From NCBI GenBank assembly GCA_026984375.1, contig JALSSF010000064.1:88-64087 (forward strand): DNA of 64,000 nt, in the 5' to 3' direction. Below are positions 34,072-42,621 of the stretch, piece by piece. Position 1 is the stretch's first letter; each line of letters begins with the position of its first letter. A program made the translations under genes and the position numbers. Below the pieces are notes generated by a model. It did no database searches, had not been told where the DNA came from, and saw only the letters and a program-made list of their open reading frames with translations. The DNA is from Methylothermaceae bacterium (lineage in GTDB: Bacteria > Pseudomonadota > Gammaproteobacteria > Methylococcales > Methylothermaceae).

Positions 34072-34378
34072 ACCGGCAGGAGTCCGGCTGCGTTGGATCG
34101 ACGGCGACCCGACGGACCGGCCGCCGTACCGGACGTTCGGCACCATGGCGTTTCACCGGGACATCGCGGTTCTCGACGGTCTGCACGGCCGCGTCCGACC
34201 CAAAGAAGTCGTCGAGTTCTACCGCCTGCTGCGGGCCCGGTTCAAGATGCGCTGGCTGGTGGCAGAACGCACCGGCCGCCACCGGATTCCCTTTGCGACC
34301 CAGATCGAGTGCGGCCCGTTCGCTGGCTGGTGGGCCGTGGACCTGACCCGATTCGACAAGGAGGAAGGCCATGACTGA
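34058..34378 (+). CDS. Hypothetical protein
   Basis: GGAAGG RBS, GTG start overlapping the previous stop region. Confidence 0.55.
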   Translation: MIWLEPAGVRLRWIDGDPTDRPPYRTFGTMAFHRDIAVLDGLHGRVRPKEVVEFYRLLRARFKMRWLVAERTGRHRIPFATQIECGPFAGWWAVDLTRFDKEEGHD

Positions 34379-35021
34379 AATCGCACTCATCGACCCCGAA
34401 ACCCTGTCCGTCATCGAGTTCCGCAACCCGCCGCCACCCCGTTGGACCTCTCCGCAGGGGGTGGTCATCGCCGGGTTCGACAAGCTGCTGCCCGAGCAGA
34501 TGGCAGCGCTGAACTGGTATCCGGTGATCCGCGAGCCCCTGGACGAGGCCCACGAGGCGGGCTCCCCGGTGGTGGACACGACCGCCAAGACTGTCACGAT
34601 CCCTGCCGTGGCCCGGGATCTGGCTCTCTTGAAACAGGAGGCGACCGCCGCCGTCAACGAGGCCGCCGGCAGAGCCCGGCTGAAATTCATCACTGCCTCC
34701 CCGGGGCAGGAGGCGACCTATCAGCTCAAGTTGCAACAGGCCAAGGCGTGCAAGGCGGCCGGCTACCCCCAGGACGACGGCACTAACTACAGCCCGGTCG
34801 GCCCTTACGGCCTGGTCGGGGCGGAGATGCTGGCCCACGGCTGGACCGATCCCCAGCAGGCGACCGATTTCATCCTGAACACCGCCGCCCTGTGGGAAAC
34901 CAAGGCAGCGCAGATCGAGGCCGAGCGGCGCAAAGGCGTCGTCGCCATCGGGGCCGCCGCCGACGGCCCTGCCGCCCTGGTGGCCCGGGATGCGGCCGTC
35001 GCGGCGCTGGAGGGGTTGTAA
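34371..35021 (+). CDS. Tail fibre assembly/DUF4376-like protein
   Basis: AGGAGG RBS; W.PV...P; LK......VNE.A...R.KFIT..PGQ..TY..K. Confidence 0.65.
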   Translation: MTEIALIDPETLSVIEFRNPPPPRWTSPQGVVIAGFDKLLPEQMAALNWYPVIREPLDEAHEAGSPVVDTTAKTVTIPAVARDLALLKQEATAAVNEAAGRARLKFITASPGQEATYQLKLQQAKACKAAGYPQDDGTNYSPVGPYGLVGAEMLAHGWTDPQQATDFILNTAALWETKAAQIEAERRKGVVAIGAAADGPAALVARDAAVAALEGL

Positions 35022-35495
35022 ATGGCGGTTTCCCCGGCGTTGAAGTCGGTCTGGGCCTCGGGCGATGCGGACGTCGTCCTGCTCGACACCATCGAGCTGG
35101 CCTCGCCGGCCTGGACCGTGCCGGTGCGCCTGGTGCGCGGCTACGAAAAACTGACCGTCGGGGCGCTGGAATTTCTGCCCTACGCCTTCGAGTTCACCCT
35201 GCCGCCCATCGAGGCCGCCGCCGGTGGGCATCTGGAGGTGATCCTCGGCAACGCCGACCGGGCTGTTCCGGACGCTGTCGACAGCGCCCTCGACGCCGAC
35301 CAGCCGGTGACCCTGACCTATCGCCAGTACATCCGCGGAGCCCAGAACCTAACATTCGCCATGGACCTGGATCTGCACGTGGTCGATTTGACCGAATCGG
35401 TGGAGACCAGCCGGGTGCTGGCGGTATTCCCGAATCTCGTCAACGAGCGTTTTCCACGACTCGACTACACCACCTATCGGTTTCCGGAGCTGTGA
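35022..35495 (+). CDS. Minor tail protein (DUF1833/gpL-like)
   Basis: DTIEL.SPAW..PVRLVRG...F.P..FEFTLP...N.RFP...YT...FP.L. Confidence 0.8.
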   Translation: MAVSPALKSVWASGDADVVLLDTIELASPAWTVPVRLVRGYEKLTVGALEFLPYAFEFTLPPIEAAAGGHLEVILGNADRAVPDAVDSALDADQPVTLTYRQYIRGAQNLTFAMDLDLHVVDLTESVETSRVLAVFPNLVNERFPRLDYTTYRFPEL

Positions 35496-35496
35496 G

Positions 35497-37890
35497 ATGA
35501 GTTATGTGTCAGGGACTCTGACCGACGACGGGCTGCGCTGGCCGTTGCCGCCAGGTCGTTATGACCCGAACCCGGAGTATGGGGGGACGCCGACGTTCGT
35601 CACGTCCGACGGTGAAATGGGGTGGCTGGGTGTGTTCTACTTGCCAGGCCATCATCATTTGCCTGATGTGCATTATGAACCCAAGCCGCCCACGCCGCTG
35701 ACCGCGCCGGAGCCGAGCCCGACCTACGACCAGCCGGTTCAAGCGGCCGAACCGAACCGGCCGCGCGTCGGCAAGGTGATTCCGGAGCACTTCGGCCGCC
35801 TGAAGATCTTTCCGGATCTGGCGGCCCGGGAGCGGCGCGACGGGGAGACGGTTTCGCGGCTGTACTGCATCGGCCGCGGCCATTATCAGGTCGAGCGGGT
35901 GCTGATCGACGAGGTCGACGCCGCCACCCTGGGCGACGTCAGCGTGACCGTCGCTCACGCCTCGGACCCGGCCCTGGCGCCGCAGTGGCCGTCGTATGTC
36001 GCCGACAACCGGGCCGCTTTCACGCCGGTTACCCTGACCACGGCGTTCACCGCCGCCGTCGCACCGGGCGCCCCGGGACGCGCCACGACCGCCGTCACCT
36101 TCTGGCTGCGCTTTCCCGACGGCTTGTATCAGATCGACGCCAACGGCGATTATCAGCCGGTGACGGTCGGATTTCAGATCCAGTACCGCGCCGCCGGGTC
36201 GGCCGATCCCTGGCAGGTGCTGGCGGGCGCCCACACCCTCACCGCCGTTCTCGTCGCCCGCCGCGACGCCCGCATCGACCTGACCACCCCGGCCGGGTCG
36301 TGGGAGTTCCGCATCGCCCGCACCGCCGCCCAAAGCACCGATCCCAGGGTCCGGGACCGGGCTGAGTTGACCGGTGTGCGCGTCGTCGGTCAGGCGCCGT
36401 TGGATGGTTACGGCGACGTCACGCTGCTGGTCGTTAAATCGACCGGCCGCCGCATCGGCAAGGTCGCGTGCGTCGCCACCCGCAAGTTGCCGGTCTGGAA
36501 CGGATCGTGGAGCGCGCCGCAGGCGACCCGGTCGATCCCCTGGGCCGTGGCCGAGGTCGTGCGCACCGTCACCGGTTCGGACGCGATGCTGGATCTGCCG
36601 GCCCTCCAGGCCCTGGACGTCACCCTGGCGGCACGGGGCGACCACTTCGACGGGCGCTTCGACAATCCACTATCGGCGATGGAGGCCATCGACCACATCG
36701 CCCGCGCCGGCCGCTGCAGCGCGTTCGTCCAGTTCGGCCTCCTGCGCCTGGTGCGCGACGAGGCCCAAACCGGCTATTCCGCGATGTTCACGCCGCTCAA
36801 CATGCGCCGCCGGTCGTGGCAGTTGAAGCGGTTGCCGCGGCGGCCGGACGAGCCGGACCATTACATCGTCGAATACCTGGACGCGGCGGACTGGCGGGTC
36901 AAGGAGGTGGTCTGCGATCTGGGAAGCCGCACGAAACCGAAACGCCTCAAGCTGTTCGGTGTCACCGACAAGTTGCAGGCGTGGCGGGAGGGGATGTACT
37001 GGCTGCGCACCCGCCGCTACCGCCGCAAGCTCATCACGTTCACGACCGGCCTGGAGGGGCGGGCGCTGCAGCCGCTCGACCGCATCCTGGTCGGCCACGA
37101 CGTGTACGGCTTCATCCATTTCGGGGAACTGTACGCTATCTACGGCAGTTCCCTGATCCTTTCCAATCCGGTCAATTTCTACGGCCAGCCCCAGGCCGAC
37201 CTCTACCTGCGCCAGCCGGACGGCTCCCCCGTCGGGCCGCTGAAGGTGACCCCGGGCGACACCGATTACCAGGTGAACCTGGTCGATCCGTTGCCGGCGG
37301 GCACCTATCGCACCGTCACCGGCGATCAGCATCCCCAGCGCACCCATTATCTGTTCGACCCGCTGGGGCGCGGCGCGGTGGCAGCCCGGGTGAGCCGGAT
37401 CGTCGAGCGCGGACCGGACGCGGTCGAGGTGACGGCGGTGGTCGAGGAGGCCCAGCTCTATCAGGAGGGCGATCCACCCTGGGATCCGGCGTCACCGGCC
37501 TACGACCCTGAGAATCCGTCGAGCGTCGATCCGGTCACGGAGGTGAGCCCGCCGCCGTCCGACCGGTATCTGCGAGGCGGCCGCCTGACGTTCCATCCGA
37601 ATCTGTTCAAGCATGGCCTCTGGACCGTCGAGTTCGACGCCGGCGGCTACGACCAGTTCGACCTGCAAATTAAGGCGGTTCTCGACGGGCGCTGGACCAC
37701 GGTGGCGGTGCTCGAGGAGCCGCACTTTACCTTCTTCGTCAGCGGCATGGACAAGAGCGCCGGGGTGCGCATCGTGCCGTATCTGAATGGAGCGCGAATG
37801 GATTCGGAGGCGTTCGTGATTCCGCCGTCCGATTACGATGCCGGGCCGGCGGCGGTGACGCCCGTCAGTCCTCCCTATATCCTGTGGTGA
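35497..37890 (+). CDS. Tail tip/host-specificity protein (gpJ-like)
   Basis: IPEHFGR..IFPD, YCIGRG, ATRKLP.W, RSI.WA, FDGRFD, KLFGVTD..QAWREG. Confidence 0.85.
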   Translation: MSYVSGTLTDDGLRWPLPPGRYDPNPEYGGTPTFVTSDGEMGWLGVFYLPGHHHLPDVHYEPKPPTPLTAPEPSPTYDQPVQAAEPNRPRVGKVIPEHFGRLKIFPDLAARERRDGETVSRLYCIGRGHYQVERVLIDEVDAATLGDVSVTVAHASDPALAPQWPSYVADNRAAFTPVTLTTAFTAAVAPGAPGRATTAVTFWLRFPDGLYQIDANGDYQPVTVGFQIQYRAAGSADPWQVLAGAHTLTAVLVARRDARIDLTTPAGSWEFRIARTAAQSTDPRVRDRAELTGVRVVGQAPLDGYGDVTLLVVKSTGRRIGKVACVATRKLPVWNGSWSAPQATRSIPWAVAEVVRTVTGSDAMLDLPALQALDVTLAARGDHFDGRFDNPLSAMEAIDHIARAGRCSAFVQFGLLRLVRDEAQTGYSAMFTPLNMRRRSWQLKRLPRRPDEPDHYIVEYLDAADWRVKEVVCDLGSRTKPKRLKLFGVTDKLQAWREGMYWLRTRRYRRKLITFTTGLEGRALQPLDRILVGHDVYGFIHFGELYAIYGSSLILSNPVNFYGQPQADLYLRQPDGSPVGPLKVTPGDTDYQVNLVDPLPAGTYRTVTGDQHPQRTHYLFDPLGRGAVAARVSRIVERGPDAVEVTAVVEEAQLYQEGDPPWDPASPAYDPENPSSVDPVTEVSPPPSDRYLRGGRLTFHPNLFKHGLWTVEFDAGGYDQFDLQIKAVLDGRWTTVAVLEEPHFTFFVSGMDKSAGVRIVPYLNGARMDSEAFVIPPSDYDAGPAAVTPVSPPYILW

Positions 37891-37894
37891 GGCG

Positions 37895-38638
37895 ATGCTG
37901 ACGTTTGTCGATCGTTATCTGTATCTGGGCTGGGACCCGGCCCCCGGGGCGGATCACTACCGCTACGAGATATTGGATACCGCCACCCTGACCCTGCGCC
38001 GCTCCGGCACCGTCCCCAGGGCGGCGCTGCTGTACAGCGCCGGTGACGCCAAGGCCGACGGCGGTCCCTGGCGTGATCTGACCGTGCGTCTGTGGGCGGT
38101 GGACGCGGCCGGAAACGAATCGCTCACGGCGACCGAGGTTCAGTGCCACAACGATCAGGCCGGTCCAGTGACCGTCGGCCTGGCGCCGGGCCCCGGATCG
38201 TTGCGCATCACCGTATCGCCCGTACCCGAGCCGGATCTGGCCGGTTACCGTGTCTGGCTCGACACCGCCGCCGGCTTCACCCCATCCGCCGCCAACCAGA
38301 TCCACGACGGGCCCGCCAACGTCGTCACAATCACCGGCCTGACACCGGGGCAGACCTACTACGTCAAGGCGGCCGCCTACGACGTCTGGGGCGACGACGG
38401 CCTGGCCATCTCGGCGGAGGTCAGCGCCGTCCCCATCGACGTCACCGCCGGATCGGTCAGCGGCGGCACCGTGTCTGGCCTGTCCGCCCCCATCGCCATC
38501 GCCGACGGCGGCACCGGCGCTTCCGATGCCGCGACCGCCCGCGCCAACCTGGGCATCACCGGCGCCTCCGGCACCTTCACCACCGCCGACGGCAAGACTG
38601 TCACCGTCACCGACGGCCTGATTACCAGCATCGTTTGA
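37895..38638 (+). CDS. Fn3-containing tail tip protein with short fibre-like end
   Basis: LGWDP.PGA..Y, DL.GYRVW, GLTPGQTYYVK.AAYD, ADGGTGASDAATARANLG. Confidence 0.75.
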   Translation: MLTFVDRYLYLGWDPAPGADHYRYEILDTATLTLRRSGTVPRAALLYSAGDAKADGGPWRDLTVRLWAVDAAGNESLTATEVQCHNDQAGPVTVGLAPGPGSLRITVSPVPEPDLAGYRVWLDTAAGFTPSAANQIHDGPANVVTITGLTPGQTYYVKAAAYDVWGDDGLAISAEVSAVPIDVTAGSVSGGTVSGLSAPIAIADGGTGASDAATARANLGITGASGTFTTADGKTVTVTDGLITSIV

Positions 38639-38651
38639 CCAAAGGAGTACG

Positions 38652-39464
38652 ATGGATTGTCATGACACCAACCAACCAACCAACTGCTCGCAATGCGGCC
38701 AGCGCCTGCCGCAGGCGATACGGATGGAATCGATCGATGGCCGCGCGCGTCTCTTCCACGGCGATTTCAGAGATGCCACCCGGCTGATCGAACCGGCCAT
38801 AGACGCCGTCATCACCGACCCGCCCTACGGCTCCGGCGGCTTCGCCGCCAGCGAGCTCAAACGGCCCAGCAAGGCCAAGTACGTCAGTACCGGCGCCAAA
38901 TACGCTGATCAGATGCCCGACATTGACGGCGACAGTCTCCTACCCCAACAGTGGCAACGGCTGATGACCGAATTCCTGGATGCCGCCTGGAGCGTGCTCA
39001 AGGATCGTGGCATCCTCGTGACGTTCATCGACTGGCGCAACCTGGCCGCCTTGCATGGCCTGATTTTGGAGTCCCCATTCACGTTCCGTGGTATCGCCGT
39101 CTGGAACAAGGGTAATGCATCAAGACCCTACAAAAACGGCTTCCGCATGCAGGCCGAATACCTGCTCTGGGCCACCAAGGGCAAACTCCCCGACCGCGAC
39201 CCGCCGGTATATCTCCCTGGCGTGCTCAGTCACACAACCCGCACCAACGGCAAGCGCCACATCACCGAAAAGCCCGAAAGGCTGATGGAAGATTTGGTGG
39301 AAATCTGCCCACCCGGCGGGACGATATTCGACCCATTCATGGGCAGCGGCACAACCGGCGTGGCGGCGTTGAAAACCGGGAGAAGGTTTGTCGGCTGCGA
39401 GACGGTAGGGCAGTATTTCGACGTGGCGTTACAGCGCTGCAAAGAAGCGGTTAACGCACCCTAA
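38652..39464 (+). CDS. Beta-class N6-A/N4-C DNA methyltransferase (mom position)
   Basis: ITDPPY, H.TEKP, DPFMGSGTTGVAA; AAGGAG RBS; last gene before the right end. Confidence 0.92.
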   Translation: MDCHDTNQPTNCSQCGQRLPQAIRMESIDGRARLFHGDFRDATRLIEPAIDAVITDPPYGSGGFAASELKRPSKAKYVSTGAKYADQMPDIDGDSLLPQQWQRLMTEFLDAAWSVLKDRGILVTFIDWRNLAALHGLILESPFTFRGIAVWNKGNASRPYKNGFRMQAEYLLWATKGKLPDRDPPVYLPGVLSHTTRTNGKRHITEKPERLMEDLVEICPPGGTIFDPFMGSGTTGVAALKTGRRFVGCETVGQYFDVALQRCKEAVNAP

Positions 39465-39467
39465 CCC

Positions 39468-39515
39468 CGTCGCAAACCATGTGACGAGTTGTTGCAAATC
39501 ATTTGGCGTTTTACA
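39468..39515 (-). promoter_or_regulatory. Prophage right end (attR) with two transposase-binding sites
   Basis: Reverse complement TGTAAAACGCCAAATGATTTGCAA...GTCACATGGTTTGCGACG aligns with the left-end sites. Confidence 0.9.
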
Positions 39516-39520
39516 TTTGG
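39516..39520 (+). repeat. Right copy of 5-bp target site duplication TTTGG
   Basis: Directly follows the terminal ...TTACA. Confidence 0.9.
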
Positions 39521-39575
39521 GGAGGATCGTCACGTTGTACGTCACGTCAACGATCTTGGGAGAACCCGAAAATGA
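39521..39575 (+). pseudogene. Displaced original 3' end of the integrase, containing arm-like repeats
   Basis: Joining 1451 to 39521 restores the frame ...DGDFGEDRHVVRHVNDLGRTRK*; CGTCACGT direct repeats at 39528-39535 and 39540-39547. Confidence 0.8.
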
Positions 39576-39594
39576 GGCAAGTTATTGAAATACA

Positions 39595-39671
39595 TGGCAC
39601 GCCCGGCAGGAATCGAACCTGCAACCCTCGGCTTAGAAGGCCGATGCTCTATCCGGTTGAGCTACGGGCGC
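39595..39671 (-). tRNA. tRNA-Arg(UCU)
   Basis: GCGCCCGTAGCTCAACCGGATAGAGCATCGGCCTTCTAAGCCGAGGGTTGCAGGTTCGATTCCTGCCGGGCGTGCCA; 77 nt, anticodon TCT, encoded CCA. Confidence 0.97.
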
Positions 39672-39677
39672 AAAAAA

Positions 39678-39754
39678 TGGTCGGGGCAGAGGGATTCGAA
39701 CCCCCGACATCCTGCTCCCAAAGCAGGCGCGCTACCAGACTGCGCTATGCCCCG
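39678..39754 (-). tRNA. tRNA-Pro(UGG)
   Basis: CGGGGCATAGCGCAGTCTGGTAGCGCGCCTGCTTTGGGAGCAGGATGTCGGGGGTTCGAATCCCTCTGCCCCGACCA; 77 nt, anticodon TGG. Confidence 0.97.
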
Positions 39755-39774
39755 CCGTCGATCGATGGAGGGCC

Positions 39775-39780
39775 ATTATA
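39775..39780 (-). promoter_or_regulatory. -10 box (TATAAT) of the tRNA promoter
   Basis: TATAAT about 20 nt upstream of tRNA-Pro with a GC-rich discriminator; no clear -35. Confidence 0.55.
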
Positions 39781-39857
39781 ACGGGTTTGCCAGCGGCTAG
39801 GGAAGGCCACGCCGGGCCTGCAGACTTGGCCCGGGAACCGGAAAAACATACGGATAA

Positions 39858-40871
39858 GTGTCGAGCCGTACCACCATGGGCATACGGATTCCATCGGACT
39901 TCCGTCCTCCCCGCTGGCTCAGCAATCCCCATCTGCAGACGCTGTGGCCGACACTGACACGGCGTATCGCCCTTCCCCCACGCCGTTGTGAACGCCTGAC
40001 CACACCGGACGGGGATTTTCTGGAACTGGACTGGTGCGGTCACCGGGGGCCGCTGGTATTGATCCTCCACGGACTGGCGGGCAGCAACCGCTCTCACTAC
40101 GTCTTGGGACTGCAATGGGCCTTGCTGAGGCAGGGGTGGCGCAGCGTCGCCCTGAATTTCAGGGGCTGCGGCCGACAGCCGAATCGAACCGCCCGGTGTT
40201 ACCACTCGGGCGAAACGGGGGATCTGGACTGGGTCTACCGCCACCTGCGCCGGCTGGAACCCCGGACCCCCATCGCCGCGGTCGGCTATTCCCTGGGCGG
40301 GAACGTGCTCTTGAAATGGCTCGGCGAACGGGGCGACGACTTGGAACTGTTCGCCGCCTGTGCGGTCTCGGTTCCCCTGGTTCTCAGCCGCTGCGCCGAT
40401 GCCATGGACCGGGGTTTCGCCCGGCTCTATCGCAATCGTCTGCTGAGCGAGTTGAAGACTTACATGGCCACCAAGATCCGCCATCTGGAAGAGCTGGGAC
40501 TGGCGGACGAGGCGGACAAACTGAAGGCGCTCGGCGACCTGAGCCGGATACGCTCCTTTCGGGAATACGACGACCGGGTGATCGCCAAATTATATCCGTT
40601 CCGGGACGCAGAGGATTATTACCGGCGCTGCAGTTCACGCCGGTTCTTGGGACACATTCGAACGCCCACGCTTCTGATCCAGTCCCGGGACGATCCGTTC
40701 ATGTATCCGGACGTGATTCCCTCTCCAGAGGAAACCGCCCCGGCGGTTCGGCTGGAAATCACCTACCGGGGCGGTCATGTGGGTTTCATCGCCGCCGGCG
40801 ACCGGGGGATCGAGTATTGGCTGGAGCGCCGAATCCCCCGGTTTCTCCGCCGTCAGGCGACCTTGATCTGA
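39858..40871 (+). CDS. YheT-like alpha/beta hydrolase
   Basis: NPHLQT, DGDFLELDW, LHGLAG, NFRGC, GYSLGG nucleophile elbow, DDPF, GGHVGF; alternative ATG at 39876. Confidence 0.9.
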   Translation: MSSRTTMGIRIPSDFRPPRWLSNPHLQTLWPTLTRRIALPPRRCERLTTPDGDFLELDWCGHRGPLVLILHGLAGSNRSHYVLGLQWALLRQGWRSVALNFRGCGRQPNRTARCYHSGETGDLDWVYRHLRRLEPRTPIAAVGYSLGGNVLLKWLGERGDDLELFAACAVSVPLVLSRCADAMDRGFARLYRNRLLSELKTYMATKIRHLEELGLADEADKLKALGDLSRIRSFREYDDRVIAKLYPFRDAEDYYRRCSSRRFLGHIRTPTLLIQSRDDPFMYPDVIPSPEETAPAVRLEITYRGGHVGFIAAGDRGIEYWLERRIPRFLRRQATLI

Positions 40872-41242
40872 ATTTTCCGAGGCCGGGCGCTTTCCCGCTT
40901 GGGAATGTAAAGCTGCAACACCCCATCCTTCAGCCTGGCCTCGATCTTCTCCGGCTCCAGTTCGGAACTCAAGGTGAAGGAACGGCGATAGTGGGGTGAA
41001 CGGACTTCGGCATACAGGGCCTCCATCCCTTCTGGCGTTTCGATCACCGCCTTGCCTTCGATGGTCAGAGTATTCCGGTCGACCCGGACGTCGAGCTGAT
41101 CGGGGGCGACGCCGGGCAGGTCCGCATGGAGATTCAGGCCGTTCTCGTCCTCGAACACATCCACCGGCGGAATCAGGGTGATTTCCCGCCGTGGAGCCGG
41201 AACCGTTTCCTGGGTTTGGGAAATTGCCGTGGTTTCTGCCAT
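40853..41242 (-). CDS. Small heat-shock protein (Hsp20)
   Basis: PPVDVFED...ADLPGV...YRRSFTLS...I.ARLKDGVL.L.IPK. Confidence 0.92.
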   Translation of the reverse strand: MAETTAISQTQETVPAPRREITLIPPVDVFEDENGLNLHADLPGVAPDQLDVRVDRNTLTIEGKAVIETPEGMEALYAEVRSPHYRRSFTLSSELEPEKIEARLKDGVLQLYIPKRESARPRKIQIKVA

Positions 41243-41252
41243 CTCTCGCTCC

Positions 41253-41714
41253 TTATCCGGTTTTGACTTCGATATGCCGCGGTTTGACCGCTTCCTGCTT
41301 GTGGACGCGAATTCGCAGAATACCGTTTCGATAAGTCGCCTCGACCCGTTCGGGATCGATGTCTTCCGGCAGACTGATCGCGCGGCGAAACTCGCCAGCA
41401 TGGCGTTCCCGCAGGTAGAAATTCACGTCCTCCCGCTCCAGGTAGTCCAGCTTGCGCTCCCCGGCGATGACCAGGAGATTGTCCTGGAGCGAAACCTCCA
41501 GGGCGTTGGGATCGATCCCGGGAACGAAAACGTAGACTTCCACCGCTTCCGGCGTCACCCCGACGTTGACCGCCGGAAAGGCTCCCCGCCCCGCGGCACG
41601 AATGTCACGGACGCTCCTGAGGGGAGCGAACAGGCTTTCCACTTCCCGGGCCAATTGGTCGAACTGACGCAGCAGATCGTCTTCCAGACTTGCCAAACTG
41701 CCGAACATTGCCAT
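41253..41714 (-). CDS. Small heat-shock protein (Hsp20)
   Basis: FPAVNV...PGIDP...LRER..GEFRRAISLPEDIDP..V.A.Y.NGIL. Confidence 0.92.
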   Translation of the reverse strand: MAMFGSLASLEDDLLRQFDQLAREVESLFAPLRSVRDIRAAGRGAFPAVNVGVTPEAVEVYVFVPGIDPNALEVSLQDNLLVIAGERKLDYLEREDVNFYLRERHAGEFRRAISLPEDIDPERVEATYRNGILRIRVHKQEAVKPRHIEVKTG

Positions 41715-41748
41715 CTTCCTCCGTATCGGTTGATCGCTTTGCCGGGGA

Positions 41749-41776
41749 AGATGGGGACGGCAGAATTTTTTTCAAG
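41749..41776 (-). promoter_or_regulatory. Sigma32 (RpoH)-type heat-shock promoter
   Basis: CTTGAA-14 nt-CCCCATCT upstream of the hsp20 pair. Confidence 0.85.
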
Positions 41777-41782
41777 CCCGGG

Positions 41783-42466
41783 TCACTCCTTTATCTTCTG
41801 ATATTCCGGCAGATCGACCTCGACCTTGAAATAGCGGGGCTGCTTGCCGTCGGGAAGCTGGACCACTTTGGTGTAGGAACGCACCTCGCCGCGCTCCAGA
41901 ATATCGAGGGTGGGCACGTTGTCCTTGTCCACCCCGATGGTGGAATCCCCCAGTTGTATTCCCAGATGATCGAAGAAGATCACCCGAACGATGGGATGCA
42001 CCCCGGTCAGACCATCGTTCTTCAGGGTCAGCTTGTATTCGTAGCGATGATCGTCTTCGGTCCCGATCAAGGTAAAAATGATGTTGCGTACATATTTCTT
42101 CTTGATGGGAATCACCTTGTCGAACTGCAAGGGTTTCAGACCCGGCAACCGTCCCTGGACCAACTCGGCGATCTCCGCTTCCAGACTGGCCACCTTGGGG
42201 CGCAGCGATTCCAGCTCCAGTTCCTGCTTGTGCTGCAGGACGGTCAGATCATGCACTTCCTTGGCATAAAGACTCAAACGGATCGAAACGACGAGCAGCA
42301 ACAGGAACAATACCAAAACCAGTGTGCTCAAAATGTAGATAGTGCGTAGAGAACGGCGCCGCGAATGGCGATGGACGCCATTGGACTGGCGCCGCACCCG
42401 ATAGCGCCTTTCGATGTTTTTTTCGTTTTTTTCAGTCGTCATCACGGAAGTGGTCTGGTCGCTCAT
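41783..42466 (-). CDS. Hypothetical membrane-anchored protein
   Basis: Single TM (IYILSTLVLVLFLLLLVVSI), coiled coil, beta-rich C-terminus. Confidence 0.7.
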   Translation of the reverse strand: MSDQTTSVMTTEKNEKNIERRYRVRRQSNGVHRHSRRRSLRTIYILSTLVLVLFLLLLVVSIRLSLYAKEVHDLTVLQHKQELELESLRPKVASLEAEIAELVQGRLPGLKPLQFDKVIPIKKKYVRNIIFTLIGTEDDHRYEYKLTLKNDGLTGVHPIVRVIFFDHLGIQLGDSTIGVDKDNVPTLDILERGEVRSYTKVVQLPDGKQPRYFKVEVDLPEYQKIKE

Positions 42467-42621
42467 GTATCGCCATCCATCTGTGACCTGTCAGCAAAAA
42501 ACGCGCCTATCGGTGATTGTTATTCGATAACATAGGGTTGGATGACAGGCGCCGAGAATGCAACCACCGCTCAGCCTGCCTTGTAAAAAATTCTGACAAA
42601 CGAGAGCGTTCACTACGGCCT

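Larger units (their letters stand above)
1452..39515 (+). mobile_element. Mu-like transposable prophage, apparently complete (38,064 bp)
   Basis: TG...CA termini, 5-bp TSD, matching end sequences (15/24 nt), and repressor-ner-MuA-MuB-Mor-lysis-head-tail-MTase gene order. Confidence 0.95.

Noticed and set aside
34000-39464. Mu-type invertible tail-fibre segment (gin/gix)
   Set aside because: No serine invertase, no inverted gix-like repeats and no paired fibre genes seen.
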